From Dimorphilus gyrociliatus (taxonomy: Eukaryota > Animalia > Annelida), in NCBI GenBank assembly GCA_904063045.1, contig CAJFCJ010000050.1, positions 58,263 to 122,262 of the forward strand: a stretch of 64,000 nt of DNA, given 5' to 3'. Shown here piece by piece: positions 1 through 13,266 of the stretch. Both the position numbers and the translations under genes were made by a program. The stretch's first letter is position 1; each line of letters opens with the position of its first letter. The notes beneath the pieces were generated by a model, which worked only from the letters and a program-made list of their open reading frames with translations, searched no databases and was not told the origin of the DNA.

Positions 1-325
1 AGTCCATTACAAATTTCTAAAAATCCATGTTTCATATCCTTATTTTTTCTTAATTTAAATATTTCTATTTTAGAACAAAGTTTAAGCATATCTCCTAAAT
101 GTTTACATTGGTTTTCTGTCAGTTTACATGAGCAAAAATTAATTTCTTTCAAAGTGTTTGATGAATGAGCAAGTCCATCAAAAAACTCCAATAAGCTATC
201 TCTCATACCATCATTCTCCTTTAACTCAATTGCTTTAATTTTTGAACAATTTTTCGCCATATTTCTGATGTGTATAAACTGATTTTCAGTAAGATTACAA
301 GTAGAGAAATTCTGCCATTGCCATA
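1..325 (-). pseudogene. RI-like LRR fragment (NLR-type), disrupted, runs off the window start
   Basis: Manual minus-strand translation gives KNCSKIKAIELKENDGMRDSLLEFFDGLAHSSNTLKEINFCSCKLTENQCKHLGDMLKLCSKIEILNL. This is the same repeat type as 48534-49052 and contains frameshifts. Confidence 0.6.
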
Positions 326-2853
326 TTTTTTAATACATTGTCACAATTTAAAATTTAACAGAATATCATATTTTTGTTGAAAAGTGTACCTCAGAGTTAT
401 AACCATAGTCATATGGTTATAAAAGATTATAACCATGTCTGATTGTTTGCAAATACTTTTATTATACAGTAATCATAGGAGGCTAGCGTTTTAAAGAATC
501 AAAGATATTGATTTTACAACTCCACGAAAAACAACTAATGAGTAATAATAAGATAGATTATCTTCTTTCTACACATAGATTTGCACAGGGACTGATGATT
601 GGAGAAACACTTATAGAGTCCATATATATTCTTTGGCAATTTGGTAACGGTCAATATACTATTGTCAACAGTAATAATAATACTGTTTTCGTCTTTAGCG
701 TCAGAAATAAAACATAAAATGGTTCAAAATAAATTTTTAAATAAAGTAGGAAAGTTCAAAATTGTGTATAGTAGATAGTTTCTAGTTGTACTGAGAATCT
801 TGTTCTACTAGATATTCAGAATAGGATGATAGACATGGAGAAAGATGACTGGTGACCAATCATCCAAAAAGGATATCAAGAATTTTTCACGATTTTTCCA
901 CAATATAAAATATTTTGCTATTCAAAAACGAAATAGAAAGATTGAATTAGTTGAATATGTTAAATACAAAGTCACAGTTGTCATGTCATTTTATTGCAAA
1001 GTACAATTAATTTTAAAGAAAACAAAATATTAATTATTATACAAAATAGGACGGTGTCTAAAAAATTCGTATCCGTACTGTATAAAGCCACTCTGAACCT
1101 GAGTAGGATGAAGGAGATAGCAACTGATTTGTGCTTAGGAGGGTCTCCTCCTCCAAGGGCTGGGGGTAATGTAACAGGTATGGTATAGTCAAGGGCTTGG
1201 TTAGAGTTAGCATAAAAGCAGGCAGTTATCCTGTTTTCTAAAATGGCAGCCTTATTGTGAATTTTACTACGATTTCATTTCGGGTAAACTAATGAGTTCA
1301 TTTGTTGCCCTAGTTACAAAGTTACATATAACAATAGTGATTCCAGGGCTGGGTTAGGGTTAGGGTAAAACCACAAAACTGTCGGCGTTTTCAACAACAT
1401 CCATGTCAACTATTAAGATCATATTAAGATAAGAGAAGAAGAAAACACTGCAAAATATTATGAATGACAATCATATTTGATCCTTTTTTGAAAGAAGAAA
1501 TGTTGTCGTGTGGCTTTTAAATTAAAATTTAATAACTTCTTTAGCATTTCATGTAAAAATTCAAAATATTTCCAATTCTTCAAAGGCAACTTTAATACAA
1601 TTTTTATTGTCAGTTTTTCTTCATATCTTCATTTTTAATGGCACTGAGAAAAAAGTGCAAACTATTGTTTCATTTATGGATTTTATCAATGAATCTCAAG
1701 GCGTTTCCAATCCAATAACAAGTCTTTTTGGTAATTCTGCAATGAAACTGTTGGCTTGCAAAATTTGCAACAACAAAATGTATGTTACGCTAGTTGAGTC
1801 GAGTTAAATAGTGATTAATTAGGTCTGTTTCGTTTAGTAGGTATACATTTGTATAGAGCCTTGGAAACGCTGTTATAAAATATCCAATCTACCCGCCATT
1901 ATTGGGATAACGCTAAAAGAATACTCTATAACTAAGACAATTAATTTAGGTGATGATAAATACATGGGATATGGATTATTAGTGATTATCCGATGTATTT
2001 GTATAATCGTTTGACTCATCCAATCCTCGAATTCACTAGAAAAAAATTGGTGGTCAAAGTTGCCAACTGAATAAAAATCCAGCAATTCAAATTGGAATTG
2101 GAATACAATGACTTTCCATTATACACAAGTCTAGTTGTACAGTCAGGAGGATTATAAACTGGAATCTCTCTCTCTCTCTTTCTGCAAAAAACAATTGAGA
2201 AAGTAATTTAGATGAGGTCATTAAATATGGTAAAACGTATAATTTTATCAAAAGAGTTATTATATTACTTTTTAAATACAATTTATTGATATAGGCCTAT
2301 GATGGTAGAAAAAAGTATTTTGGTCAACTGGTACAATATCAATTGTTGAATTGAAAAGTAATGGACTTTCGGAACCTACACTGAAAAGTTTATTTACTTT
2401 TGTATTATTGAGTTGTGTTATGCATAGAGAGCAAGATTGCTTTTGTAGAACTGTATAATGAGAAAGTATATGAAACCAAAGTTAATGGATCAAACAAATA
2501 ACTATATAGGCTAAAATTAAGTTAACCTGTTGTACAAAACTACATAATTTCTTGAAAGAACACTGTTATTTGCTAAATGTATTTTTGTTCATTTAGAAGA
2601 CAAATAAGTCAATACTACTTGCTATAGACCCCAAACTAATATTGCTCAATCAATATAGCAATGAAATTTTGATGATCCCTGCAAACTTTTAAACATTTTA
2701 AAAAGTATAAAATTTTATGATAAAAAATACACTGAAATTGGAAATTCAATCAAAAATACTTGGAAAAATTTAATTGATGAAAGAAAATATTATTTTCAAT
2801 TACAATTAGAAATTTTAAACAATAAACAATGTTTCATTATTAAACATAATAAT

Positions 2854-5800
2854 ATGTACACACCACCTCAACTTTTATTGAGAAAATGCCATAAAAATAA
2901 AGAAAGTGTTGGCCAATTTTTTCAACTTGAACAATTTTTAAATTATTTAAAAATTTTAAAAAATGATGATAAAAAAATTCTCTTAATTCTTGATGACATT
3001 GATGATGATAGCTCAACGATAAATGAGAAATATGAATTTCTTAATTATCATTTGCCAATGATTATCATGTCAAGGAGAAGAGAAGGAGAGAAATTATATG
3101 AAGAGAGCTCTTTACATGGTGGTTATTGCTCTATATTTGAATTAACAGGATTTAATGAAGGTCAGTTATGCAGCCATTTCCAAAGGTACATAATGGAATA
3201 TAATTTTGAAAATGATTATTTCTTAAATGATGTCAAACTACAAAGAAAAATACTATGGAAGAGTTAAATCAACTTTTAACTATCTTAAATAGTAACAGTA
3301 ATAGAAAATATCTATTCAAACTTTGTAATAATCCTTTTATGGCAAATTTAATATTATTCATTTGGAAAGAACAAAATTGCTTCAATATATTGCGCAGTAA
3401 ATTTGAAATATTTGACTATATTTCAACATTATGTTTACAAAAAGGCAGAGCGATAAATAGGGAAAATACGATTTATTATCTAAGTTTATTTGCTTTTTAT
3501 GATCTATTCCTAATTGAATTTACATGGAAAGAGATAAATTCAATAAATAATATTATAAAAGAATACTATTATTTTCATTGGTTTTTCAATCCTTCAACAA
3601 GGAAGAGTAGGTTAAATTTTGAATTTTCACACAGGCTATTTAAAGAATATTTTGCGGCAAAATTCATCATTAGCTCGTACCAGAATGAAAAACATGAAAA
3701 TATTCAATTAATAGAATCAATAATTAGAAATTTAAAGAATGTGTTTATGCTGAAAAACGTTTGCTTATTTGTCCTTGACAGAGACTGCAATATCTGTACA
3801 AAGTTAATAACTATAAAAGGATTGGATAATATTTTATCTCTTCTGGATGTAGATGAAAGACTTTGTATATATATTAAAAATGAATCCATTATCACTGCAA
3901 TTGAATTATCTGCTGTTAGATTACCAATTGGAATTTGGAGATTAATCCTACATAACTCTACTAATCCTATCAAAAAAATTCAAATAACAGATGTAGATGT
4001 AGATTTAAATAGCTTTATTCATGTTGGACAAGAATTTCCAAAAAAAATTCTCTTTCTGCTTTGGAAATTTATGATAACAATCTAATGAGTTCTATCATTA
4101 ATGCTGAAACGATACAAAATATTATTTTTGCCACTATCTTATTGGCTAATTGTCTAAAAGTATTAAAATTACCAATTATTAAATGCTCAAATAGTCAAAT
4201 AGCAACAAAAGCAGCAACAATGATTGATGATTTAATGATGACAAAACTCGATTTGAAATTTCTAGATTTTGGTGGAAATTCTCTTGATAATATCTTGATA
4301 TACAATTTTATTAAAAAGCTAATTTCTTGTTCAATTAGCTTAAAAGTGTTGGTTACAAATAGTTACATTCCAACATTTAATGAAATATTCTAATAATAAT
4401 ATTTCATCTCCAAATATTTTTAGAAAAATTGACCTAAAAAATTGCCAACTGTCTGATGATTTCTTAACAACATTGATAAATGTTTGGACTGAAATAACTT
4501 CAATAAAAAGTTTGGATATTAGTTACAATGACTTTTCAAAGGATACTAGTTTAAAATTTTTAAAAAGGATTAAAAATGAAAATCTTCAACAATTTACCAA
4601 TTTGTACATGCATCATTGCAATTGGGAAAATATAGATATATTTGAATATTTAAATTCAATTTTGGAAATAAAGTATTTAAGAATTTTCAATTCAAAATCA
4701 AGACATACTAAATTGGTGTCAGATGTGAAAAATGAAGATAAAAGTTTTGTAGTTAATATTAATTCAGAAACTTTTAATTTATTTAAAATGAAAGAATTAT
4801 GTAGAGTTATGAAAGATATTTCTGACCTGAAAACTCTAGATATAAGAATTTTAACCTACTATGAGAGGAAAATTGTAGATTTACACATCAAATTGGTAGT
4901 ATTATTGGTGATTCAATAGGCAAACAAACAAACCTACATTTACTTGATATATCTGAAAATTATTTTGGAGATGTTGTTGGAAAATCTATATTTATAAATA
5001 TCCGATGGAATTGTTCAAAACTTGCAAAATTTGGTTTTGGTAGACGTGGATTTACTTCTAAAATTCATAACATTGTAGCTAGTGCAATTGGTCAACAAAC
5101 TAACCTTAAAAATTTGCATTTTTGCCAAAATGAAATGGGAGATACTATTGGAAAATGTATATTTCAATTAATACATCGCAATTGTCGAAAAATCTCTTCC
5201 CTTAAGTTACAAAAGTGTAGATTTTCTTTTCGAATTGGAAATATTGTTTGTGATGCAATCGGTCAACAAAGTGATCTTGAAATTTTGTCAATTTGCGATA
5301 ATGATTTCAGAGATGATATTGGTGAACATTTATTTGAGAAAATTTATAAAAATTGTCAAAAGATCTCGTGTTTAACTATTGGAAATTGTCAGTTTTCTTC
5401 TACAATAGGAAATATCTTGGCAAAAGCAATTAGTCAACAGAAAAACCTAGAAATATTAGATATAAGCGATAATAATTCAGAAGACAGCGCTGGAAGAGAA
5501 CTATTCAAAAGTCTTCGAAATAGTTGTACAACCCTCACTAAACTTGATATATCTAATTGTGGATTCACTTCCACAATTGGATTAGCTTTAAGTGATGCAA
5601 TCGGTCAGCAAACTTGCCTACTAACTCTCATAATCCAAGAAAACCCTTTAGGAGATGCAACAGGAAAATCTCTTTTTTCAATTATAGTAAAGAACAATAA
5701 AAAAATTGAATATTTAAATTTTAGTAGTTGTGAACATTTTCCAATAATCAATTAGGAGACACTGTTGGAGTTAATCTTTTCCATAAACTCAAGGCAAATT

Positions 5801-6106
5801 GCTTTAATATTAAAATTCTAAAATTTGAAAACTGTGGATTTACTACAGACATTGGAAATATTTTAGGAGATTTAATTAGCCAACAAAACAATCTTAGAAT
5901 ATTGTTTATTGCAAATAATCAATTTGGTAATGACGTCGGAAAATGTCTGTTTCAAAATATTAAAAAGTCTTGTAGAAATATTTCTAACAATTCAATACAA
6001 CAATTGTGGATTTACCTCCAAAATTGAAAATATTATTTGTGATGCTTATCGTTTGCCAAAAACAATTAAAACTTCTTCATATTTGGAACAATCGATTTTT
6101 GTATAG
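2854..6106 (+). pseudogene. NACHT-LRR (NLR-like) gene broken into at least 6 frames
   Basis: Walker B-like ILLILDDIDD, helical-domain LCNNPFMANLI, winged-helix FSHRLFKEYFAAKF, then many ribonuclease-inhibitor-like LRRs (QQxxLxxLxIxxNxxGDxxG alternating with NCxxIxxLxxxxCxF). No clear Walker A was found upstream. Confidence 0.8.
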
Positions 6107-6273
6107 ACTTGGGAGGGTCTCCTCCAATGGTTAGGGGTAATGAAAAAAGTTAGGTACAGCCATTGGATGAGTTAGGGTTAGGTAAAAGCAGGCATTTGTG
6201 GACCATAGATTTATATTTTCTAAAAACGAATAATCTTTTAAAATTTCTCCTAAGCGATTAGCTCTCCTCTTAT

Positions 6274-6560
6274 CTAAATTACAATTAACATGTTGATTTG
6301 TCTTACAGTAACAGAACTTGATTTGAGCCCTTGATAGAACACTTCAAAACTGCCTTCTGTGTTCCAATTTAATGAAAGATCAACACTCTCTATTCTATGA
6401 CAAACTTGAAGTGCCTTTCCTATAAAATTCGCTTGTTCACTATTTAAATACAAATTCTTCAAACAGATATATCTTCAAAGCCCTCGTCCATGTTATCAAT
6501 TTTTTTTGGTATTAAAAGTGTTTCTAACTATAATATCCAGAATCCATTTTATGCATTTTT
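6274..6560 (-). pseudogene. LRR fragment (NLR-type)
   Basis: LKNLYLNSEQANFIGKALQVCHRIESVDLSLNWNTEGSFEVFYQGLKSSSVTVRQINM matches the CSKIETIDLS...GLEQSSETL repeat seen elsewhere in the window. Confidence 0.5.
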
Positions 6561-6649
6561 GACATAGGGTTAGGTTAGGTTGATTATTCTTTTATGTTTA
6601 CAAAGACATAATGTTCAATACTACTTTTTTATGAATTGCTGTCCATTGG

Positions 6650-6773
6650 GTATGCGACAGCAAATGTGCCAAAATGCATGGTTTACCCCTAACCCTTAGA
6701 CTCCTCCTAGTCATTTTTCAATCCGAAATATTGCTTTCAAATATCTCACTTGGGGACGTTTTCTGTCAGCCCC
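6650..6773. mobile_element. Internally deleted copy of the 207-bp MITE family
   Basis: Ends GCGACAGCAAATGTGCC and TGGGGACGTTTTCTGTCAGCCCC match the copies at 15322, 52635 and 56226. Degenerate flanking repeat GTCCATTG/GTCCGTTG. Confidence 0.65.
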
Positions 6774-7907
6774 GTCCGTTGTCATTAGAATTGTAGGCCT
6801 AAAAAAAGAGAAGTGAAAACTACTTTACTAGATATTGTAACAAACCATACATATGTAATATCTCAACTGCTCTTTCTTGCAGTTAATAGCAATTTTAACT
6901 CCTGCAAAGAAACTGAAAAATAGAAGTAAAAGGGGACTTGAATGCATTCTATCTCTCTGAAACTAAAGCAATTTCCTTCATTAACAAAAGTGAAAAATCA
7001 AAAGTAATTTTTTTGGAAGTTTAAATTTATCAATAAAGAAAAAATGAATAGATTTGGCATAGAGTTAAGAGAAATAAAGAAAAGGTAAGGAAAGGTTTTA
7101 TACTTTTTGAATCAACTAAATGATTCTATGGCAGACAGAGGAGAATGAAATGCAGTCTCTGCTACAAAAGGAATATCCTTGTTGTGAATAATTCTGCTAG
7201 AAAAGAATTGATGTAATACAGACATCAAGTCACCTTGAAGAACAATTTACTGAAGATATATTAAAGAATTTAAATGAAAATGAAAAGCAGTTAATATTTT
7301 AGCCCTTCAAAGTCTAAGACAGAGAAATCAGTAGAGAATTTCATCTTTTCTCAATTCCACAATGATGATAATATGCTATAAAATGATTAATTTAGTTTTA
7401 TTATTAATTACTATAAAACACTTCATATGTTGTTCCAGTATATTAATTAACTTAATTAGTATATCAATTTTTTCAAGTTTGAAAATTAATTCTGATTGTT
7501 TGCAAGCAGTGAATGCCCCTGTTTGGTAACCACAGTTTTTTTAAAATGCTTACAAAATTAGCTGACAGGATACGCAAGTAAGTAATTAGTGAGTTTTTTG
7601 AATAATAAACTATGAACAAGAAATCGATATCGATCGTCTTGTGTTATTGAACAATTTACATTTTATTATTTATGTTTGCGATTTGTATATTGAGTGTATT
7701 TTTAGAGGACAATATCTGCTGAAATGGGCTTGTACAAAGCAAAATATCTGTCTATAGGCATTGAAAAAGATTTGGATATAGAAAATTTATACTTTAGAAA
7801 TATCCAGAAATGATTTATTTGAATAAATAAAAAAAAAGAATATTAATTTATGGATGCAAATGTAAAAGAAATAAAACATTTAAATAAACTACTCTTTTAA
7901 CATTATT

Positions 7908-8915
7908 TTATATAATTTGAATTTCACACAATTCAATATAATTTACAGATTTTTCCAAGTACAATTGCAAATTAACAAATTTTGTTGGCAAACATTCAAA
8001 GACTTTGCCTAAGCTTTCCTTACATTGTGATTCATCATTGACATAGACAACAAAAGTTGGCTTTTGAGTATTGAAATCTTTTCCATGAATTATAAATTTT
8101 GAGAATATTCTAATAGTTTCTATAGTGAGATGCAGGGGGTTGGCAGTAAAGGTCAGACATGTACTTTGATCATTATCAAACAGATTTTGTTTAATTACAC
8201 TCCATTTGTTATTACCACACACATCAACTGGGAATTTTTGTTTCACTAAAATAAGGGGGAATGTACATTTCAATTTCCAAATACTATATTTGATACGTTC
8301 AGCAGCACCCCCAACATCACCAAGATAAATCTGTTTTAACGGTAGCCTTGACGACTTTACTGAAAATATACCCGAATCATTTGTCCAAACTAGCTTGTTA
8401 TCATTGTAAAATCCTGCTGTGGGGGAAAGCTCGTCCAAACATTTTGTAGTTGAAAAACAATTACATATGCCATCCGTAAATTGTTCAGCTTCAAACTCAG
8501 CACCATCCCAAAATAAGAAGCCATGGTCAGTTTTTAATGATCCATATGCCCAGTAATTTATGCCTTGTGAACAGGTGTGTACGGTTTCTAAAAACTTATC
8601 AACTTCTTTATCAGATAACCCTTCATAGGTTATTAGCTTTTTGAATGAATACTTTGTTTCGTATCTATCATCATTATTCAATTCTTCAATCTCTTCAGAA
8701 TCGTTATCTAGATACACAGTTCCTAATGTATCGTTAATCATTTCACAAGAAATATTAACAGTTTTAGAGTTGGGATGAAATTGCATTTGAAAAAATCCAA
8801 AATTTTGTTTCGATTCTATTATTGCCTGTGAACATGATACATAGAATTTATCGCTATCCTGTGAATATGATTTATTTAGTATTAAGAAGAGATAAACAAG
8901 AATATGGACAATCAT
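7908..8915 (-). CDS. Secreted protein: CASPR/neurexin-IV-type fibrinogen-like domain plus C-terminal discoidin-like module
   Basis: Intact 335-aa ORF with an N-terminal signal peptide. Motifs ITYEGLS...CSQGINY, CNCFSTTKC, WTNDSGIF...RLPLKQIYLGDVG...LKC follow the CASPR fibrinogen-like pattern. Confidence 0.7.
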   Translation of the reverse strand: MIVHILVYLFLILNKSYSQDSDKFYVSCSQAIIESKQNFGFFQMQFHPNSKTVNISCEMINDTLGTVYLDNDSEEIEELNNDDRYETKYSFKKLITYEGLSDKEVDKFLETVHTCSQGINYWAYGSLKTDHGFLFWDGAEFEAEQFTDGICNCFSTTKCLDELSPTAGFYNDNKLVWTNDSGIFSVKSSRLPLKQIYLGDVGGAAERIKYSIWKLKCTFPLILVKQKFPVDVCGNNKWSVIKQNLFDNDQSTCLTFTANPLHLTIETIRIFSKFIIHGKDFNTQKPTFVVYVNDESQCKESLGKVFECLPTKFVNLQLYLEKSVNYIELCEIQII

Positions 8916-10047
8916 TTTGAAATCTTCAACGAAACTGAAAATATAGTTTTGCTTCAGATATTGCAGAGAAATATGTTAATAACATTTCTCTGCCCAAACA
9001 ATCATAGGCTAATGAATAGTAATGTATACCCATTGATGTATTTTAATAAGGGAGACTTTTTTATTTTCAAAGGCCAATCTATTGTTCAGAATATTCCAGA
9101 ACAACAGCAAATATCAATAATTCGCCTTTGTACTTTCCTGTTGTTGGTTCGTTAGTAACGGCTGTCATGGAAAATGTCCACAAAATTGTGCTTTTACCCT
9201 AACCCTAAAACCTACCCGTTGAACTCTACTTGCTGTTGAAAACGCCCAGTTTGTAATAAGATTTTTGCTTGGAAATGGATTAGTATCATTATTATTTGTA
9301 ACAGAGAAAACTGGTAAAAGTTGATAAAATTTTAAATAATCTGTATTAATAAAATGAATATCCTGGTAATTTTGGAAAATGTTCAATTGAAATCTTCATC
9401 TAGACTAGGCATAACTTTATGAAAGATTTTGAATTGAATTATAAAAGATTATATTACCAATACTTTCTAATAGTTTTATATATTGAAATATTAATACAAT
9501 TTCTTTTTTAAGTGGCTTCTTTGTTAAATGAATTCTTTGAAATTATTCTACACTTCTATTCATGAATTGTCTTCATTTCTCTGTTCTTACCTTTCTTTAT
9601 AATATATATTTATATATTATATAAATTTATATATATATATATAGAAGTAATTGAATGAAGTTACGAAGGTTATTGAATCTTTGTAAAATTCTTGAAAAAT
9701 CCAGAAAAAAAGTACATTTTCTCTCAAATTATTCAACGATCTGAGAAGATCATCTAGAGAAAACTTGAGCTGGAAAAAGGCCTATATCCTCCTACACTGG
9801 TTGCTAGTTTGACAACTTGGCAAAAGTGCTACTAAAAACTATTTTACTCTGCTATTGAACTTTTGTATAATTTTTATTTTATTTTTGCTTTAAGGAATGA
9901 TGTTTCCAGCAACAATAAACTATTGCCATTACTTTAATGTGAATTAAATCAAATGAATCTTGAATATCTATATTTTTAAATAGCATTGATGCACAGTTTA
10001 AAAATTAGGGATTTCAGCTTTGCCAAATCGTTAAATTCTCTCAATTT

Positions 10048-10302
10048 CTATTTCATCTCATTTTCAAAATCCAATTTTAAGTTTTCTAAATCTGACTTGA
10101 TAAGTAAATACCCTCTAAAAAAAGCCCTACAAGATGGGCATTCAGGCTTTTTAAGGGCTATTAAACACTCTTTGCAGCATAGTACATGACTACAGGGCAG
10201 CGTTAAAGTATCAGCAAGTTTATAATAACAAATTTTGCACTGCAAACAAGTTTTTAATTCAGCAAAAGTTTCAAATTGAGTTTTTGTTAAAGATTTCTCC
10301 AA
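10048..10302 (-). CDS. IAP/MDM2-type C3HC4 RING finger exon or fragment
   Basis: CKIC-x10-PCSHVLCCKEC-x7-CPSCR. Upstream exons were not identified. Confidence 0.6.
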   Translation of the reverse strand: MEKSLTKTQFETFAELKTCLQCKICYYKLADTLTLPCSHVLCCKECLIALKKPECPSCRAFFRGYLLIKSDLENLKLDFENEMK

Positions 10303-10559
10303 TTTACTTGTGATAAGAACCAGAGAGACAAATGGCTAGTTCAGAAATTTTTTGTATGATAAAGAAAGATAAATTGATTAATTTTAAATTCTGATGTCAG
10401 TGAAAATAATTTTAATAATTTTTAATCTTTTTGTACACATATTAAGTGTGATGGAAAAAACTGTGTTTTTTTTGTTAGAAATCTTTGATGAAATATATTA
10501 ATTTTTTGGTATGTTATAGCCTATAGTCTACTCTACAAATGTTAAGAATTTAATTTTTA

Positions 10560-11570
10560 ATAGTCCCCTCCTTTCTCTATGCAAGCCTGCCATTTGCTAG
10601 GAAGTAGACTAATGCTGTTGGATATGGTCCTTCAATTCTCCCAGAAACATAATAGTCAGAGGGAGCCAAATCAGGGCTGTATGCTGGGTGAGGGCACAAT
10701 GACCACCCTTGGTCTCTTATGAAATCTGTTGTGTAGAGACTTGTATGTGGTCTTGCATTATCATGCTGCAATATTATTTGTTTTCCAGGTTTAATTCTAT
10801 GTAATCTCTTCCTTAGTCTCTTTAGGGTCTACACATATTGTATTGAGTTGACTACTTCTCCATACTCCATGAATTCTATGTGGACTAAACCTGAACAGTC
10901 CCAAAAGACTGAGCACATCAGTTCTTCAGCTGACTTAGTCAATTTAAGCTTCTTTTCAGGTGGAGATGATGTATGCTTATAAGTGAAAGAAGACCTTTTA
11001 GATTCTGGATCATACAGGTGTACACAGCTTTCATCTCCAGTCACAATTTTTTCTAAAAAGTCTCTTCCTTCTTGTACTTTGTTGTATTGTAATTGTAGGA
11101 ATTTCTGCTTCTTCAGAACAGTATATGTCTTCTTCAATCATTGATCAACTCACCAAAGTACTCACACAAATAGAACCTTTTAAGTTCATCCACAAATAGT
11201 CTCAATAAATGTAATTTAGGTAGAAATTAATCAACAAAATGCCAGTTTATCATCCAAAGAGTATGTATTGAGTAAATGAGTTTCTAGTTCTAAACAAGTA
11301 AGTTTAAACAGCCAGCTAAGGAATAAAAATGGTGAAATGTAACAGCCTTGTAATACACAAGTAACAAAAATATCAAAGACTATAATATATTATCATAATG
11401 ATAAGGCAAACATTACATGACCAACATCTGCCACTGGAGATCAAACCTGCCTCATCAACACCTGGCATTGCCCAAGATGTAACAATTTTGACATGCATCT
11501 TTTCCATGTTCTTTGTTCCTTTGTTAATTTCATAGTGGCTCCATCTACTATGGACAAACAATCTATTTCC
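10560..11570 (-). mobile_element. Mariner (Mos1/SETMAR-like DD34D) transposon remnant with disrupted transposase
   Basis: IVTGDESCVHLYDPESKRSS, LMCSVFWDCSG, QHDNARPH and HPAYSPDLAPSDY motifs across ORFs 10829-11137 and 10577-10771, with stops and frameshifts. Confidence 0.9.
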
Positions 11571-11762
11571 TACTAAATAGAGTTGTTTCAAAAGTTCTAG
11601 AATCTTATTCTACGAAATAAAAGCCTTTCTAAAGTTCCACCATTATAATTTCTACGAAAAAGAAGTTATTCTAGAATTCCTTTAAACCTAAAGTCTAAAT
11701 ACCAATATGTCAATATATCTAAGTGTACACTTCTGCTGTGTATCTTTTGTCTACTTTTGTAG

Positions 11763-12710
11763 GTGGTGTCTGTACAAGGCGTAGTAACAAGTGCATTCAA
11801 AGTTTGTATTATTTTATGCCTTTATAATGTCAACCATTCAAATAATTCAGATCCAGCATCAAATTCACCATTATGTTTGAGATGTTTTCAAATCTCAAAA
11901 AGGAATTGTGTTGTAATATTGAAAAGAATAGACCAAGAAAAAGGAAAAAACAAAAGTGAATACAGAGGGGAGTTGAGATTATCATTTTCTATGGATAGCA
12001 TGGAGAACTTTGCTGACTGTTCAATGGAAGTTCAAAGTGTTGTGAATGGTGAGGATATTGTGTTCAGTAATGAAATTGAAAGAAATACACTGGCTACAGT
12101 CACTGGTGATGAAATCTCTGATGTGTAGGAAGAGTCTTTTGAAAGTGCTATTGATATTGATCAAACCAACCGTGACACAGACAGGTGTCATTTTAAAATT
12201 TTACCAAAAGCAAGTCAGAAGGGAAAAGACTTTCTCATCTATAATGGCTATAGATTAAAATCAAAAGAAAAGCTACTACAACATGGATTTTCCCAGTTTG
12301 GAATAAATCTAACAAATGTTCAGCTACCATCAGCCACAAAGAAAAAAATTTCCATAGTGGAAGAAAAGACCATATTCACTCTCCTATGAAAAATGCTGAA
12401 CAGCAGATTGTAATCAGAAATGATATTAAATATTAAATCTGCTAATGATATCAAATCATCAGGTAAAAGAATTGCTGAGGAAATTCTTTTAAAACATTCA
12501 GATGGAAAATGCAGTTTGCACAATTGCAAAGAAGTAGCAAACTGCAACAGACAAAAAATACGCCAGCTGAACCTAATGGTTTAAATTTTTAACTTGATTT
12601 AACTTTTTTGCCATTTGAATTTTTGAAGAAAGATATTTATTCAAACAATGAAAGAATATTATTTTTTTCAAGTGACCATCAGTTAAAATTCTTGTCTATA
12701 GCATGGGAGT
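11763..12710 (+). mobile_element. Degenerate FLYWCH-type MULE transposase remnant
   Basis: LCLRC..RNCVVILKRI, FKILPKASQKGKDFLIYNGY, SSGKRIAEEILL and FLPFEFLKKDIYSNNERILFFSSDHQL align by eye with the MULEs at 43157-44130 and 46680-48129. Confidence 0.75.
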
Positions 12711-13266
12711 GGGTATGGGAGAAAACATCCCATTTTCTGGTGTGTTGCTCTAAACTTAAACTTTAGCCTACTGGAACTTTTTCTACCAATCCCCTTATCA
12801 ACTTACAATTGAGATAATGATTGATTGATTGCTTTTGGTTGAATTAGGCAATTCAATTCTTTTATGAAAAACACAACAAAGCTTGACTGTTGAAGAAGCT
12901 TGTAAAAAGAAAACATACAGGAACAATGTAAAATATCCAAAAGCGCATGCGCACTGCATAAAGACAAACCAGGAAATAGTTATCAGTTATAGTTTGTTTT
13001 AAATAAAAAGAATTAATATTTCTAATTGTTAATCAATTCTATAAATAATTGTTTTTCATGAATCAATCAGGAAGAGTCCGGGGGTCCTTTATCCTAATTA
13101 TCAATATTGAAACTATATCATTACTCATTTATAATTTTTCAAATATTCTTTTCAAGAAAAAGGAATCAATGGCTCTGGATTTATTCTTTGAACAATGTTT
13201 TTCAATTGTAATCTTAAAATATGGCAAAACTGTCAATTTAAATATTAAGGAAACAATCTAATCTAT

